A DNA stretch of 64,000 nucleotides, taken from an uncultured Candidatus Binatia bacterium (GTDB lineage Bacteria > Desulfobacterota > Binatia > Bin18). Positions 40,784-52,093 of this stretch are shown here, one piece after another. The stretch covers positions 1,760,001-1,824,000 of the forward strand of contig OZ243961.1 of NCBI GenBank assembly GCA_965214605.1, given 5' to 3'. The position numbers were made by a program, and so were the translations under genes. Numbering within the stretch: the first letter of the stretch is position 1; each line of letters begins with the position of its first letter. Below the pieces are notes generated by a model. It had not been told where the DNA came from and made no database searches. It saw only the letters and a list, made by a program, of their open reading frames with translations.

Positions 40784-41854
40784 ATGGACTTTGGGACGGT
40801 GGTATTCGCCAAACCGAACAGCTGTGCCGAAGAGGCAAGACTGGCCGAAGAGTGCGGCTTTAGCCATGCCTGGGTAGCGGATTCGCATATGATGGCCGGA
40901 GACATGTACATGTGCCTGGCGCTAATGGCGGCCGCGACCTCGCACCTTCGCTTAGGCACCGGCGTTGCCGTGCCGGGTGGGCGTATCGCGCCGATGGCGG
41001 CGAGTTGCATAGCAACCCTCAACCAGATGGCACCGGGCCGCATCAGCATGGGCATTGGTACCGGCAATAGCGCTAGGCGGGCGATGGGTATGCCACCGTG
41101 TTCGCTGGCCGAACTCCGCGACCACGTTCGCGTCGTCCGTGAACTCCTGCGGGGCAAACGGGTCAACTATCAGGAAGGTAGGGCTGAGCGAGTCATCCGC
41201 TTTTTCCACCAAGACATGGAGTTTATGAATACTGATGCCCCGGTTCCGATCTATGTTGCTGCCAACGCGCCCAAAGCGATGGCCTTAGCCGGGGAGATCG
41301 GAGATGGCTTTTTGACCTCGCGGACGAATACAGCCCAGGGCTGGCGGGACGCCTGGCAGCACGTCAGCCACGGAGCGAAGCGGATCGGAAAAGATCCGGC
41401 CATGTTGTATTCCGTGATCATTACCTCTACCTGCCTGTTGAGGCCAGGAGAAGGGCTTGATTCTGCCCGGGTAAAAGCCACGGTCGGGCCGTGGGCCACG
41501 GTTGCTCTGCATTCCTTGTATGAGACGGTCAAGGATCCTGCTGCAGTACCAGAGCCGATTCAGCCGCTGTTTGCGGAATACAAAGCGTTTACCGACAAAC
41601 GTATCACCGCCAACGACACCTACTATATTGATCTCCACGACGGTCACTGCTTGTACGTACAGCCTGAGGAAGAGCATTTTGTTACGCCGGAGTTAATCCG
41701 GGCGGCAACCATGACTGCAACGCCCGAGGCGCTTGTTGAGCGGCTGCACAGTCTCGAAGCTGCCGGGGTCAAGCAGGTAGCCTTTATCCCGCCAATGAAT
41801 GGCTATGCCGAATTTGTAACAGAGTTCAGCCGCCAGGTTATGGCACGATTTTGA
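40784..41854 (+). CDS. LLM-class flavin-dependent oxidoreductase
   Basis: AEE.GF..AW.ADS, LRLGTGV, ATLN..APGR..GIGTG, PIYVAA, LAGEIGDG. Confidence 0.92.
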   Translation: MDFGTVVFAKPNSCAEEARLAEECGFSHAWVADSHMMAGDMYMCLALMAAATSHLRLGTGVAVPGGRIAPMAASCIATLNQMAPGRISMGIGTGNSARRAMGMPPCSLAELRDHVRVVRELLRGKRVNYQEGRAERVIRFFHQDMEFMNTDAPVPIYVAANAPKAMALAGEIGDGFLTSRTNTAQGWRDAWQHVSHGAKRIGKDPAMLYSVIITSTCLLRPGEGLDSARVKATVGPWATVALHSLYETVKDPAAVPEPIQPLFAEYKAFTDKRITANDTYYIDLHDGHCLYVQPEEEHFVTPELIRAATMTATPEALVERLHSLEAAGVKQVAFIPPMNGYAEFVTEFSRQVMARF

Positions 41855-42245
41855 CGCTGCTCTGTCTGGTCAGGACCTGAAAAATCACCCAAGTCGAACT
41901 GTTCTGGAACCCTATTTTTTGAGTGCGCAAATAGGCTAGCTTCCTTAACATAAAAAAGGGATTTATACCCAATCCTTGACAAACCACCTCCACTGAAAGG
42001 AACAAGGCGTGTGTACTGGTGGCAAGCTGGGATTTGCATATGCGGCCTGAATCCGAAGAGGATCGGAAGGCCCTGATTTCGTAGGGGCGTATGCTGCAGA
42101 GTATGAAGCTGGTCGACCTCAGAGATGAAGCCCGCGCCGGCCGCAGCGGGCGTAAGGAGGGCAACAGGGAGTCGGTCGTTGTCGTCACTGACTCCAGAGA
42201 GTCGGTTAAATGGATGGGCCGCCCCGGCGTTGGCACCGCAGCGGC

Positions 42246-42683
42246 TTAACCGCACCAGCCATTGAGAATCGAGCAATTGTTCCGCCTCCAGTTCTTCAAG
42301 TTCGTTCCAAGGGGCTGAAAGTCCTTTTCCGGATTCATCGGATCATAGCTGATAAGGACACGGCCAGTAGGCAGCCGGCTTTCCCTTGTGTCGTCAGCCC
42401 GACTTTGGGCAACGGACGAAAGAGCGCGATACAACACAATACGAACGCGCCGAGCACTGCGAAAGTGATGGGAGGCTGGCTCCCGCACCTCTTCCGGGAC
42501 AGTTTGGCGAATCGTCGTGCTGCCGGCGACTAAAACGAGGTAGCCCACGCCCGCGAGGCTGTAGGTAATCGATCAGTTCTTGGTAGGTAGACCAATCAGC
42601 GGCAACAGATGAATAAATGAGACGGAGACGACAATCAGGATGCCGAGCCCTGGAAGAGCGACAATAATGCCTTCCACAGCAGG
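42246..42683 (-). pseudogene. Degraded membrane-protein gene with an in-frame TGA
   Basis: Hydrophobic VEGIIVALPGLGILIVVSVSFIHLLPLIG..KN*SITYSLAGVGYLVLVAG frame continues into ORF 42246-42548. Confidence 0.35.
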
Positions 42684-43133
42684 TTATTCCTCATCATCTC
42701 TAAGCGCCCCGGTCGGGCCTTCTTCAACAGTCGTGTCGTCCTTCAGGAAAATGCCTAGCATGAGTGCAGAAGCGACTCCGCCAAACCAGAAAAAGCCGAT
42801 CATACCCATGCCAAGAGCCGCACCGAGCCCTGCCCCAACTTTTTCAGCCTCAGACATATTGGGGGAGGTATGTTCAGCAATGTCCACTAAACCAGACAAC
42901 GCCCAATATGCCACGAACGCGGTCCAGACTAGTGCAAAATATTTCATTCCGTTCCATCCTTTGCCACCTTTGCGCTTCTCTCCAGCTTTCAGGTTGCGGC
43001 GGGCAAGATAGGCGGGAAGGGCAACAAGAGGCAGCACGGCTGTTCCAGCAGCCCATCCAATCCAATAGTTGCGACGGTTGTAGGCGTCATAGCCTACCCA
43101 TGCAGCAGCGATCAACGCGTAGGATGTCAGCAT
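42684..43133 (-). CDS. Hypothetical membrane protein
   Basis: Several hydrophobic segments; W..YDA..R..W.G, P.YLA.R.LK.GE.R.GG..WN; ATG start at 43133 inferred. Confidence 0.7.
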   Translation of the reverse strand: MLTSYALIAAAWVGYDAYNRRNYWIGWAAGTAVLPLVALPAYLARRNLKAGEKRKGGKGWNGMKYFALVWTAFVAYWALSGLVDIAEHTSPNMSEAEKVGAGLGAALGMGMIGFFWFGGVASALMLGIFLKDDTTVEEGPTGALRDDEE

Positions 43134-43192
43134 ATGTCCCCTATACCCTGTCAAGGTTGTAGGCGTCACAGCCTACTCATGCAGCGATCAAC
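43076..43192. repeat. Direct repeat pair A (41/38 bp, period 79)
   Basis: GGTTGTAGGCGTCATAGCCTACCCATGCAGCAGCGATCAAC (43076-43116) vs GGTTGTAGGCGTCACAGCCTACTCATGCAGCGATCAAC (43155-43192). Confidence 0.85.
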
Positions 43193-43272
43193 AGACCGAA
43201 AATACTATACGCCATAGGAACCGCTCCGTTCCTGGCCTTATTATTTTGGTGGTGAGCAATCAGGGATTGCAC

Positions 43273-43388
43273 GGACAAGAGCCCGGCCTCCGACACATCA
43301 AAGTAGCCTACGTAGTGTACAAAACACTATGCAACATCTTGGAATTGGTGGACAAGAGCCTGGCCTCCGACACATCGAAGTAGTCTAC
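43273..43388. repeat. Direct repeat pair B (39 bp, period 77)
   Basis: GGACAAGAGCCCGGCCTCCGACACATCAAAGTAGCCTAC (43273-43311) vs GGACAAGAGCCTGGCCTCCGACACATCGAAGTAGTCTAC (43350-43388). Confidence 0.85.
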
Positions 43389-43650
43389 CGCCTCACCTCG
43401 CTCAGCGCGGATCGCACCGGGCCCGAGGAACTGCCGGCCTTGGGCCGCACCCACTGGCCCATCGAAAACCGGCTGCCCTATGGGCGCGCCTTCACCTCCG
43501 ACAAAGACCGCTGTCGGGCCTAGGTGCGCCCCATGCCCCGCAATCTCGCCGGCCTGCCCAACACGGCATCGTCAGCGTGCGCCGCGCCGGCCGCTTCCGC
43601 TCCCTACCCGAGGCCGCCCTCGCCGTCATCTTGAACTCGCCCGGACCCTG
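43350..43650 (+). mobile_element. ISAs1-family transposase C-terminal relic
   Basis: Y.LTSL.....P..L..L.R.HW.IENRL.Y.R..T...DRCR...PRNLA; ends in CCCTG, as ISAs1 right ends do. Confidence 0.75.
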
Positions 43651-43988
43651 ATCCCGCCGGCGTCCCCCAGGAAGCGCGTGCGCCGCGGCGGGTCTCCTGC
43701 CGGCGTCGGGCAGTCACGCCCGACGACCCCGAAAACGCCGTTCGGCAAGTTCGGCCGCCTCCATTGACCTAACCGAGCCGAGCTCGGGAATGCCTCAAAT
43801 CCCCTCCACCGGATGCGCTCTTCCTCGTGCCGCGGTCTCAGCCCGGACTAAGAAATGTCCTGCCTACACACGCAAGCCGCTTGACTTTTCTCGAATTATT
43901 TGAGGCGCGTCGGCGAGCTGGGCGTTCTTGCCTGCACTGCGAGCATGCGGTAGCCTGTCTGCTTCCAAACCCTGCGGAGGATCGACAA

Positions 43989-44234
43989 ATGGCAAGCATC
44001 ACCATCCGCAATCTCGATGACGACGTGAGGACGCGCCTGCGCGTCCGGGCCGCCGAGCACAACCGCTCAATGGAGGAGGAGGTGCGCATCATCCTGCGCG
44101 AGGCCGTGAGCGACGGGAGATCCGGGCCGCGGAATCTGGCGGAACTCGCCCGTGAGTGTTTCGGGCCCCTTGGCGGAGTCGAGCTGGAACTCCCCCCACG
44201 CGGCCCGATGCGCGCCCCTCCGAAATTCTCCTGA
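43989..44234 (+). CDS. FitA-like ribbon-helix-helix antitoxin
   Basis: MASITIRNLDDDV..RLR.RAA.H.RSMEEE.R.ILR; GGAGG RBS. Confidence 0.92.
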   Translation: MASITIRNLDDDVRTRLRVRAAEHNRSMEEEVRIILREAVSDGRSGPRNLAELARECFGPLGGVELELPPRGPMRAPPKFS

Positions 44235-44243
44235 GACGCGCGG

Positions 44244-44666
44244 ATGTACGTCATCGACACGAATGTTGCGTCCGAACTCATGCGCCCGGCCCCGACGCCT
44301 TCGGTTGCGGCATGGATTGCGGAACGGGACGCGGAGGACATGTTCCTGACGGCAGTCAGCGAAGCCGAACTGCGCTACGGCGTCGCCATCGCCCCGGCTG
44401 GTCGGCGGAAGGATGCGCTGGAAGCCGCCCTGACCCGGTGGCTCGACGTAGGATTCGGCAAATGGATTCTGCCGTTCGACAGCGCGGCGGCTCGGGCCTA
44501 TGCGGAGATTGCTGCGGGCCGCCGCCAAGCGGGCCGGCCCATTGGCGAGGCCGACTGCCAGATCGCTGCCATATCCCGCCGGCACGGCGCCGTCCTCGTG
44601 ACGCGGAACGTGCGGGACTTCCACGGCACGGGAGTCCAGGTCGTCGATCCCTGGGCGACGGGATGA
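44244..44666 (+). CDS. vapC: PIN-domain toxin (VapC/FitB)
   Basis: IDTNV.SE, E.ELRYG, LPFD, D.QIAAI, TRNV.DF, VDPW. Confidence 0.93.
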   Translation: MYVIDTNVASELMRPAPTPSVAAWIAERDAEDMFLTAVSEAELRYGVAIAPAGRRKDALEAALTRWLDVGFGKWILPFDSAAARAYAEIAAGRRQAGRPIGEADCQIAAISRRHGAVLVTRNVRDFHGTGVQVVDPWATG

Positions 44667-44689
44667 TCGCCGCGACCGACGCCTTCGCG

Positions 44690-44815
44690 CAGCCACCGGG
44701 CAACCAGTTCGATTGCATGACCGCCGGCATCACGCGTGCCGGCGGTTGGCCGTCGCCGCGACGAATGCCGGGCGATTTCGCGGAATTCGGGATCGAGGTC
44801 GTTGACCCGGGGATG
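44690..44815 (+). pseudogene. Relic C-terminus of a second PIN toxin
   Basis: QFDCM.A.I.RA.G....DFAEFGIEVVDP. Confidence 0.55.
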
Positions 44816-44872
44816 CGGCTAACCCGCCACGCAACTATGGGTGGACGGAGACTAGGAAAGAGAAGACTGGCC

Positions 44873-45485
44873 GTGAACGTTCAGACGCACGAAGAGCTGA
44901 AAGCCAACATCTGGGAAATCGCGAACCGGCTGCGTGGGCCGTACCGGCCTCCTCAGTATCGCCTGGTGATGCTGCCGATGGTCGTGCTGCGTCGGCTCGA
45001 TTGCGTTCTGGAGCCAACCAAGGATGCCGTGCTGAAGCGGCGCGACGAGCTGGAGGCGCAGGAGATGCCCGAACCGGCGATGGAGCGCCTGCTCGGCAAG
45101 GCCGCCGACCCGAAGCGCAAGCATCCGCTCTACAACACGAGCCCCTACACCTTCGTCTCTTCACCGTCGTCAAGGCGATGACCGACGTCGAGCTTCACCC
45201 CGACCGGATCGACAACCTGCAGATGGGCTACCTGTTCGAGCACCTGGTGATGCGCTTCAACGAACAGGCGAACGAGGAAGCGGGGGACCACTTCACACCG
45301 CGCGAGATCATTCGTCTCATGGCGCACCTCATCTACACCGGCGAGCCGGATGTCTACAAGCCCGGCATTTTCCGCACGATCTGCGATCCGGCGTGCGGAA
45401 CGGGCGGCATGCTCTCAGAGTCCGAGAAAGCTGATCCTCTCCCAGAACGACCGGGCGCAGCTCGCACTCTTCGGCCAGGAATGCA
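44873..45485 (+). pseudogene. hsdM: Type I RM modification subunit, internally deleted and truncated
   Basis: IWEIA..LRGPY.P.QY..V.LP..VLRRLDCVLE.TK; MGYLFE.L..RF.E..NEEAGDHFTPRE; DPACGTGGML; LFGQE. Confidence 0.85.
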
Positions 45486-46135
45486 CGGTCGAGCAATACA
45501 AGGCATGGTCAGCGCAGCAGCCCGCCAGACATTTCGCCGATTACGAGTTTCGCCGGAAGCAGCCAACCCTCGCGGATACGCCCTTTTCCTGTGGCTGTCG
45601 CCGCTTTCGTTGCCTTGGCCGTATACGGCCTAGCGGGCGCGAAATGGTCGCCCCTCGCGCCGATCTGGATCACGTCGAAATTCGGGATCGTTGCGGCACT
45701 CCGGGTCCTTGAGCCGCCCGTGTCACAGAAAGGGCCAGCGGCTCAAGACACTGCTGTCTCACCCCTCCGCCTGGCGAAAGCCTTTGGATCGACTACTCTA
45801 CCGCCGTTGCATCGTCCGAGAACATCTAAAAGACTCTTCTCAAAGAAATGCCAATATAGAAGTGTGTTCAGAAAAATTGTTACTTTGCATTGCGGTTACC
45901 ATTACTTTCAATGAGACGGTCAGCCCGGGCCGGGCTAGCGGCTTCCCGCCTGGACGGCCCGGACAAGCTACTTGAGCTTATGGCTGATAGCGGTCAATTG
46001 GTGAGGCCCTCAAACATTACCTTGTCTGTGATTTCATCCAGTTTATGATCGTTCATCTGATCCATATCTTTGTGAGAAAGATGCCGACCGCCCCCGCCCA
46101 GCAGCAGACCTTCAGCGGCTGTTTCAGCATGATTG

Positions 46136-46884
46136 TTATCGTGCGATGACGTTCGGGAGTCTCCGTTTGATCTCGGCTTCCAAGATACGTCCTTCGGTAC
46201 GGCTATTAAACAAGCTGCTGGCGCCCTTCGCACCGCGTTTCCAAAAGGCGGCACCTCTAACCTCCCTGCCTTCCGAAGTCTGTCCGGTTAGTTGCTCTAA
46301 CGGCTCCCTCATGATTGCAGCATAATCATGCGGCTTAAAAACAGATAATTCTGGCCTGCTTGACATAATAGCCAGCACGTTGACCCCATGGAGCGCCTTC
46401 ACTCCCAAGGTCCGCTGCAGGTTGTAGTCTTCGGGGTTCCAAAAGACTTCTGGAAGAACCTGCTTGATGCCTTCCCAGTATGCGTTGAGAACCCGGACTT
46501 GTTGCTCTTGGTCACCGAGTGCTTAGAAATATCCGGAGAGCTCTACCAGAGGCCTCAGAGAGGTCGTCAAGCCGTTGTTGGTAATCGTGGTATCTTGCTT
46601 CTTTTGGCCGGGATAGTAGATACGCCCCGCCAAATCTCCGCTTCCGCCACTTTGTTGGTCAACGCACCGGCTTCCGCTATCCAAACTTTTCCGCTGTCGG
46701 TCAGATACTCCCTCATCTCTTCAGAGGTATCCGCCCGTTCCCTTAGCAGTTCCTGCGCGAGTCCAGTCGCTATACTCTTGGCGTTGCTGTTGACCACATC
46801 AAATTCGGTCGTTTCTCCGTGTTGATCTACGCCAGCAAGAACAAGGATAGCACAAGATAGTCCTATTATATAGTATGGTAACAA
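46136..46884 (-). pseudogene. DGQHR/DndB-like protein, C-terminal relic
   Basis: F.VVNSNAKSI...LA and VLNAYWEGIKQVLPE.F..PEDY.LQRT.GV.ALH, read across a frameshift and a stop. Confidence 0.5.
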
Positions 46885-47125
46885 TAATTAATGTCAAGTA
46901 TCCGAAGCGATTTTTTGGTTTATTTTCCGTGTAGCTTTATCCGGGGTACGGTGCATCCTGCGCCGTGGGCACTCCCCCTTCCTCAAGCAGATATCGTCAG
47001 GATCGTGCAGAGCTGTCTCTTCGCCGGCTTCTTCGATCTCCGAATATGAGGCCTCTGCCCCCTTGTTCGTTTCGATTCCGCTCAATAGAGTGGACCGAGA
47101 CCTGTTACGATCCGGAGCGATACGG

Positions 47126-48756
47126 ATGCCGAGCGACGAGAAAAAGCTGTACCTGAGATTTCACGGGCGGATCATTAATTCTCTCGGCCAGAGGTATCAG
47201 ATCCCGTCGCGGCAGTTGCGGAATTGATCGCGAACGCGTGGGACGCCGATGCCGAGGCGGTCGAGGTAACTCTTCCCTCTTCTCTGAGCAACGCCCCGAC
47301 GATTGTCGTGCGCGACAACGGCCTCGGAATAACGTTTAAGCATTGTCAGACGCGATATCTCGATGTCGGCCGAAACCGTCGTAGCGACCCACGAATAGCA
47401 CCCCGGGCGGGCGGCCACTCTTGGGCCGGAAAGGCATCGGCAAGTTCGCAGGGTTCGGCATCGCCACCGTTCTTGAAGTGGAGACGACGAGCAAAAAGAC
47501 GGGAGAGCGGACGAAATTCCGCCTGGATCTGGAAGCTCTTCGCGGCGACTCGTACATCGCCACCGGCCCGCGGGTGATACCCGCGCTAACTCACGATGGA
47601 CCGGATGAAGCCTGACGGGCCGAGTTGGGCACGACCATCACGCTGAGGAAGTTGAAGCTCCGCCGTACTCCGAACGAGACCAGCTTTGTCGCCTCGATGG
47701 CCCGGAGGTTTCTCATCAATTAGACGACCGGGTTCGCAGCGCGGATTAACGGTTCGGCGTTGCCCGAGGACGACGAACTGATGGGCGTCGAGTTCGATTT
47801 TCCCAACGCCTACAAAGACGGCGAGCGTCCGCCGGGGCTTTGCATCAGGGACGGATTCGGCTTTGAAAAGGTCGAAAACGATGAAGTTGGATGGCGTATA
47901 AAATTTGCGAAGGTTCCCATCGGCACGGGAGAATTACGAGGCGTCTCCGTATTCTGCGGCATCAAGGTTGCGCAGACTCCGTTCTTTTTCGACCTTTCCG
48001 GAGGGTTGCCCGGCCAGCACGGGTAGCAATACATGTCCGGGCAGGTTCGGGCGGACTTTCTGGACCAACTGGACACGGACGTAATCACGACGGAACGGCA
48101 ACGCCTCAATTGGGAGCATGAACAAACCGCCCTCCTTGAAAAATGGGGACAAGACCGGCTCAAATTCCTGCTGGGAATATGGAGGGCGCGAAGAGTTGAA
48201 GAAAAAATCCAGAGGATCAACGAACAATTAACGCCGTTCTCACCGCGTCTGGAACGATTGAGTTCGTCGGAAAGAAGGACCGTCTCGGACGCAATCAGGA
48301 AGGTGGCGGCGCGATCGAGGCGCTGTCCGAAGAGCAGTTCGTCGAGTTGGCGAACGCCATATTGACGGCTTGGGAGGGCGGCAGGCTGCTAGTCGCGGAG
48401 TTCACGCGGCCCGGTCTGGCCGTTGACCGCGATCACATTGATCGATACCAGGAATACATCGACATCCTACGTGAGGGTATTGAAAAGCGAACACAGCTCT
48501 CGGATATTGCTCCGTATCCGGCCTGCTCGTCGCGGATAAGCTGAACAGGCGGCCCGGCATGGATCAAATCCTGGACCGTCTTGCAAAGGCGGATATGAAG
48601 GTGCTGGAATGGGAGGGGCTGCTTGGTCGCGCCGAGGCTCAATGGGAAGAATTTTTCGATGTTCTTGTGGAACGTGCTCCGGAAGACGACCGGCTGAAGT
48701 GCGACCAGCCTGAAAGGCTCGACGATCAGGCCGCCGCGGGAGCGACAGAGGAGTGA
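47126..48756 (+). pseudogene. GHKL (HATPase_c_3/MORC-like) ATP-binding protein, degraded
   Basis: F.GRII..LG, ELIANAWDADA, V.DNG.G, GRKGIGKFA, G.V.ADFLD; several stops and frameshifts. Confidence 0.8.
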
Positions 48757-49030
48757 TGAGGGCGGACATGGACCCGAAGCCGGCGGATTCCTGTTGAGGC
48801 TCGTTCACCGCTGTATGGAATTCCCCTCCGAAGGAGCTTCCACTCTCCCCGCGGCGGAAGGAGGACGGCTTCTCCTCTCCTCCGGAGGTCGTTCGATCAT
48901 TGCACTCGAACGCGCCGGATGGGCCGTGCTGGTGATTTGGGAATGTGAGACGAAGGACATTGAGGCCGTGATCGCGCGGCTGGACGCCTTTCTCCGCGGC
49001 GGGACCAGCTCGGGCGTCTCCTCAACGTGA
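48756..49030 (+). pseudogene. vsr: Very-short-patch repair endonuclease relic
   Basis: D.KP at the N-end and L...GW.VLVIWECE at the C-end; middle deleted. Confidence 0.7.
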
Positions 49031-52000
49031 CCGTGCGGCTTCAGCTTCCTCTCTCGGACAAACATCCAGAAAGTCGCATCGCGTACATCGGTCCTTCATC
49101 CGATTCGTAGGGCCGCTGTCGAAGCGGCGCTCTCGAATGCGTCGTCCCGTTCGGATAATCTCTTCACGCACTCCCGCGAGCTGCTTGTCGTCGAGATTGA
49201 CTTCCAGCTGTCTCCGGTCCGGCCTCTCTTCTCCGCTGTATCGGATCGTATTCCAGTTCGTCCCAGGCGGCTAAACCGTATACTCCTATCTGGAGCTCCA
49301 TCAGTTCTCTGTTTTCCTCCTCGCCGTCGCCCGACTTGAAGTCCACGATGGAGACGCGCGGCGGATCGTCGAACCGCACGACGTCTATGGCCCCGGAAAT
49401 GAGCAGATTCTCATCCGTGATAAGCGTTTCGAATTCTTTTTCGGGCTCGAACTCCAACCTCGCAAGCTCCCCGGCGTATGTCTCCACGTATTCCACGACA
49501 CCTGCGACGGTACGGCGTCGCAGGTTGTCGAGCGGCTCCCCTACCGTATAGCGGAGATAGAACATCCCCTGTTCGATCAAGTGCTCTACTGCGTCCCGCA
49601 AGCGGGATCGATCCGCCGCCAATCCGACCCAACGGCGCGGGTCCGACTGGACGACGCGGAGCAGATTGTGAAGACCGCGGCCGTACCCGAATTCCTGCCC
49701 GATCGTAGGCGTAAAGCCGAGCACGTGGCGCAGGTAGAAGTCGTGTAGACATTCCAGGAAATATCGGAGGTCCGAGAAGTTGGTGGCCAGCCGATCCTCC
49801 CGACTCGGAACGCTTGCATGATGTTTCAGGGTTTCGGCGATATCCAACTTGTTCTCGGCAACGATGCCGCCGACCGCCTTGATCATTTGACCAACGGCTT
49901 TAAAAAAGCGCGATTGCCTTCGACCACTGGCCGACACATAGGAGGGACCGCTCCGCACACGTCAGGGCCACGTACATCAGTCTACGCTCGTCGTCATGAT
50001 TATCGCTATCGGAGAGATGGGCGGGATCCACGTATCCTTCGGCTCCTTTATCGAATGGAACTTCCGCAACACTTTTGGCCCGTATGCTCGGGAATCGTTG
50101 GGGGAGGACGTCGGCCAGAAAGACCGCGGCGAACTCAAGTCCCTTTGCAGAGTGAATGGTGGTGACGGTTACAGCGTCCGGGCTTGCAAGCAGCGGAGTT
50201 TCGGCCGCTCTCGCCGCCTCCGCTCCCCAATTCAAGAGCACAATCAGCTGCCACTTCAGGCTTCCCGTAGGCGTCCACCTGGGTGTTTCCATCGCCTTCA
50301 CAAGCGAACTCAGCTGCCCGATATGGAAGAGGGCGCTCTCGGCCGCGGCTCGATTTCCATCCGTGCCCCACTGATCAATCCCCGCCTCGCGCAGCAACCA
50401 ATGAAAGAGGGTCTGCGGGAAGATTCTTCGCGGCCGACGGTTGCGCCCGAGCCAGGTTCTGCACTCGGCGCTGCACCGCAGTCCGGAGATGTCCTCGGGT
50501 TGCGGCTCCGCCGATCCCGGCCGATATTTTGATTGCTCTGCATAAAAGCTTCAGACGTTCCCGCCTCCCTTCCTGAACAGACAGCCTCTACTGTTTCAGC
50601 TTCGCAATAGCCGCCGGAATAATCTCCGAGGGGACCGGTTTCACGCCCAGGGCGTTGTGAACGCGGCCGGGCATCGCCCTGGGGGTCCTCGCCCCTCAAA
50701 ATTCCTCGACGCCCGAGCAAAGGCCCAGCGCGGCCAAAAACAGCAGGACCTCGGGTTGGGAGAACAGGTCCGGCCCGCCGCGCACGACGGCGGGAATACC
50801 CCGTTCGCGCAAGGCGCTCTGGTAGGTACGGATGTCGGTCCCCGATCGGACGAGAACGGCGATATCCGATAGCGTCAATCCCCGCTCCCTCCCGCCTTCG
50901 TCGTGGAACGCACCTTTCATCCCCCTCCCGTCGACAAGCTTTGCTATCGTGTCCCCGATCCAGGACGCTTCGTTCCTACGGTCCTTGAAATGGACCCGCG
51001 CGACATGCCGGCTGGACACATCGGTCCGGGTTTCGCGCCGGTGCCGCATGGCGGGGTTCGCCATGCCGGCCGTATCCCCGATCGTCTTCGACCATTCGTT
51101 CGCCAACTCGATGATGCGCGGCGTCGAACGGTAATTCGCGGGGAGTTCCTGAACGTGTCCGTCTCTTGACTGTTCAAGTTCTTTATACAGGAGGCCCATC
51201 AGATCGACGCGCCCGCCCCTAAAGGAATAAATCGCCCGCCGATGATCTCCGACCGCGGTCAAATAACCGTCTTCACCGACAATCCCGCGTATCAGCGCAT
51301 CCTGGACCGGGTTGATGTCCTGCATCTCGTCGACAACGACCCGCTTCCATGATCGGGAAACCTGTTCCCTGAATGAACAGTTGCTCCTCAATCGCCGCGT
51401 CACCTCGGACTGAATGGTACTGAAGTCCGGGAATCTCCGCGTTCGGAGATAGCCGAGCCGCCGAATCGGCGAACGCCTTCGCCAGCTTGGATTCGCCGAC
51501 CTCGGTCTTCAGGCTCGCTGCGCTGCACCAGTCGCCGTCCCGCGAGACGTCGGTCGGGACGGAAACGTCCGGCAGGGATACGTCCAGCCGATCATATTCG
51601 TTGAGCAGATCGTATCCTCGAAGGAAAAGCTGTAGACTTTCAAACTTCCCGAGACCGGCGGCGGTCTGAAAGTCCCTCAAGCCGAGAACGGGAAGATATC
51701 CCTGTTCAATAAGCGACATTCTGCCTCGTCGGCGACAACGTCGAACATGTAGAACTCGTCGGAGGCGAGGTCGCGGAGAACCTTCAGGCAAAAACCATGG
51801 ATGGTACCGATGTACATTCCGCCCGGCCTGGAATCTTCCCCCGGCGGGGTGAGGTCCTCCAGACAGCGCCGGATGCGGAACTTGAGTTCTTCCCCAGCAG
51901 ATTCGGTAAAGGTAAAGGCCACGATTTCGTTCTTGGGAACTTGATCAACAGCTACCCACAACGCCACGCGCGGGCCATGACCTCGGTCTTGCCCGACCCT

Positions 52001-52087
52001 GCTCCGGCCACAACCAGCAGGCGGCGCGACTTGTTGCGGACGGCCTCCTTTTGCTCCGCGTTGAGATCGGACAAAAGGACCCGACAT
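49022..52087 (-). pseudogene. UvrD helicase fused to a C-terminal PD-(D/E)XK (AddB/Cas4-like) nuclease, multiply frameshifted
   Basis: AGAGSGKT, FTFT, GTIHGFC, VDEMQD, VGD...AIYSFRG, NYRST, TIHSAKGLEF, ERRLMYVALT, G.ID, IVDFKS, Q...Y, CTRCDF..VC. Confidence 0.85.
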
Positions 52088-52093
52088 GCTTCT

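Noticed and set aside
42530-42580. Second possible Sec codon (TGA followed by a small hairpin) in a membrane-protein frame
   Set aside because: No redox motif around the codon and the gene is degraded; a nonsense mutation is more likely.
43076-43388. CRISPR array or integron attC call for the repeats
   Set aside because: There are only two copies of each of two different repeats and no cas genes; the attC R boxes are imperfect with wrong L-box spacing. Kept only as an unexplained structure.
45485-45630. Possible IS1595 transposase tail (QYKAWS...RHFADYEFR)
   Set aside because: Too short and degenerate to call.
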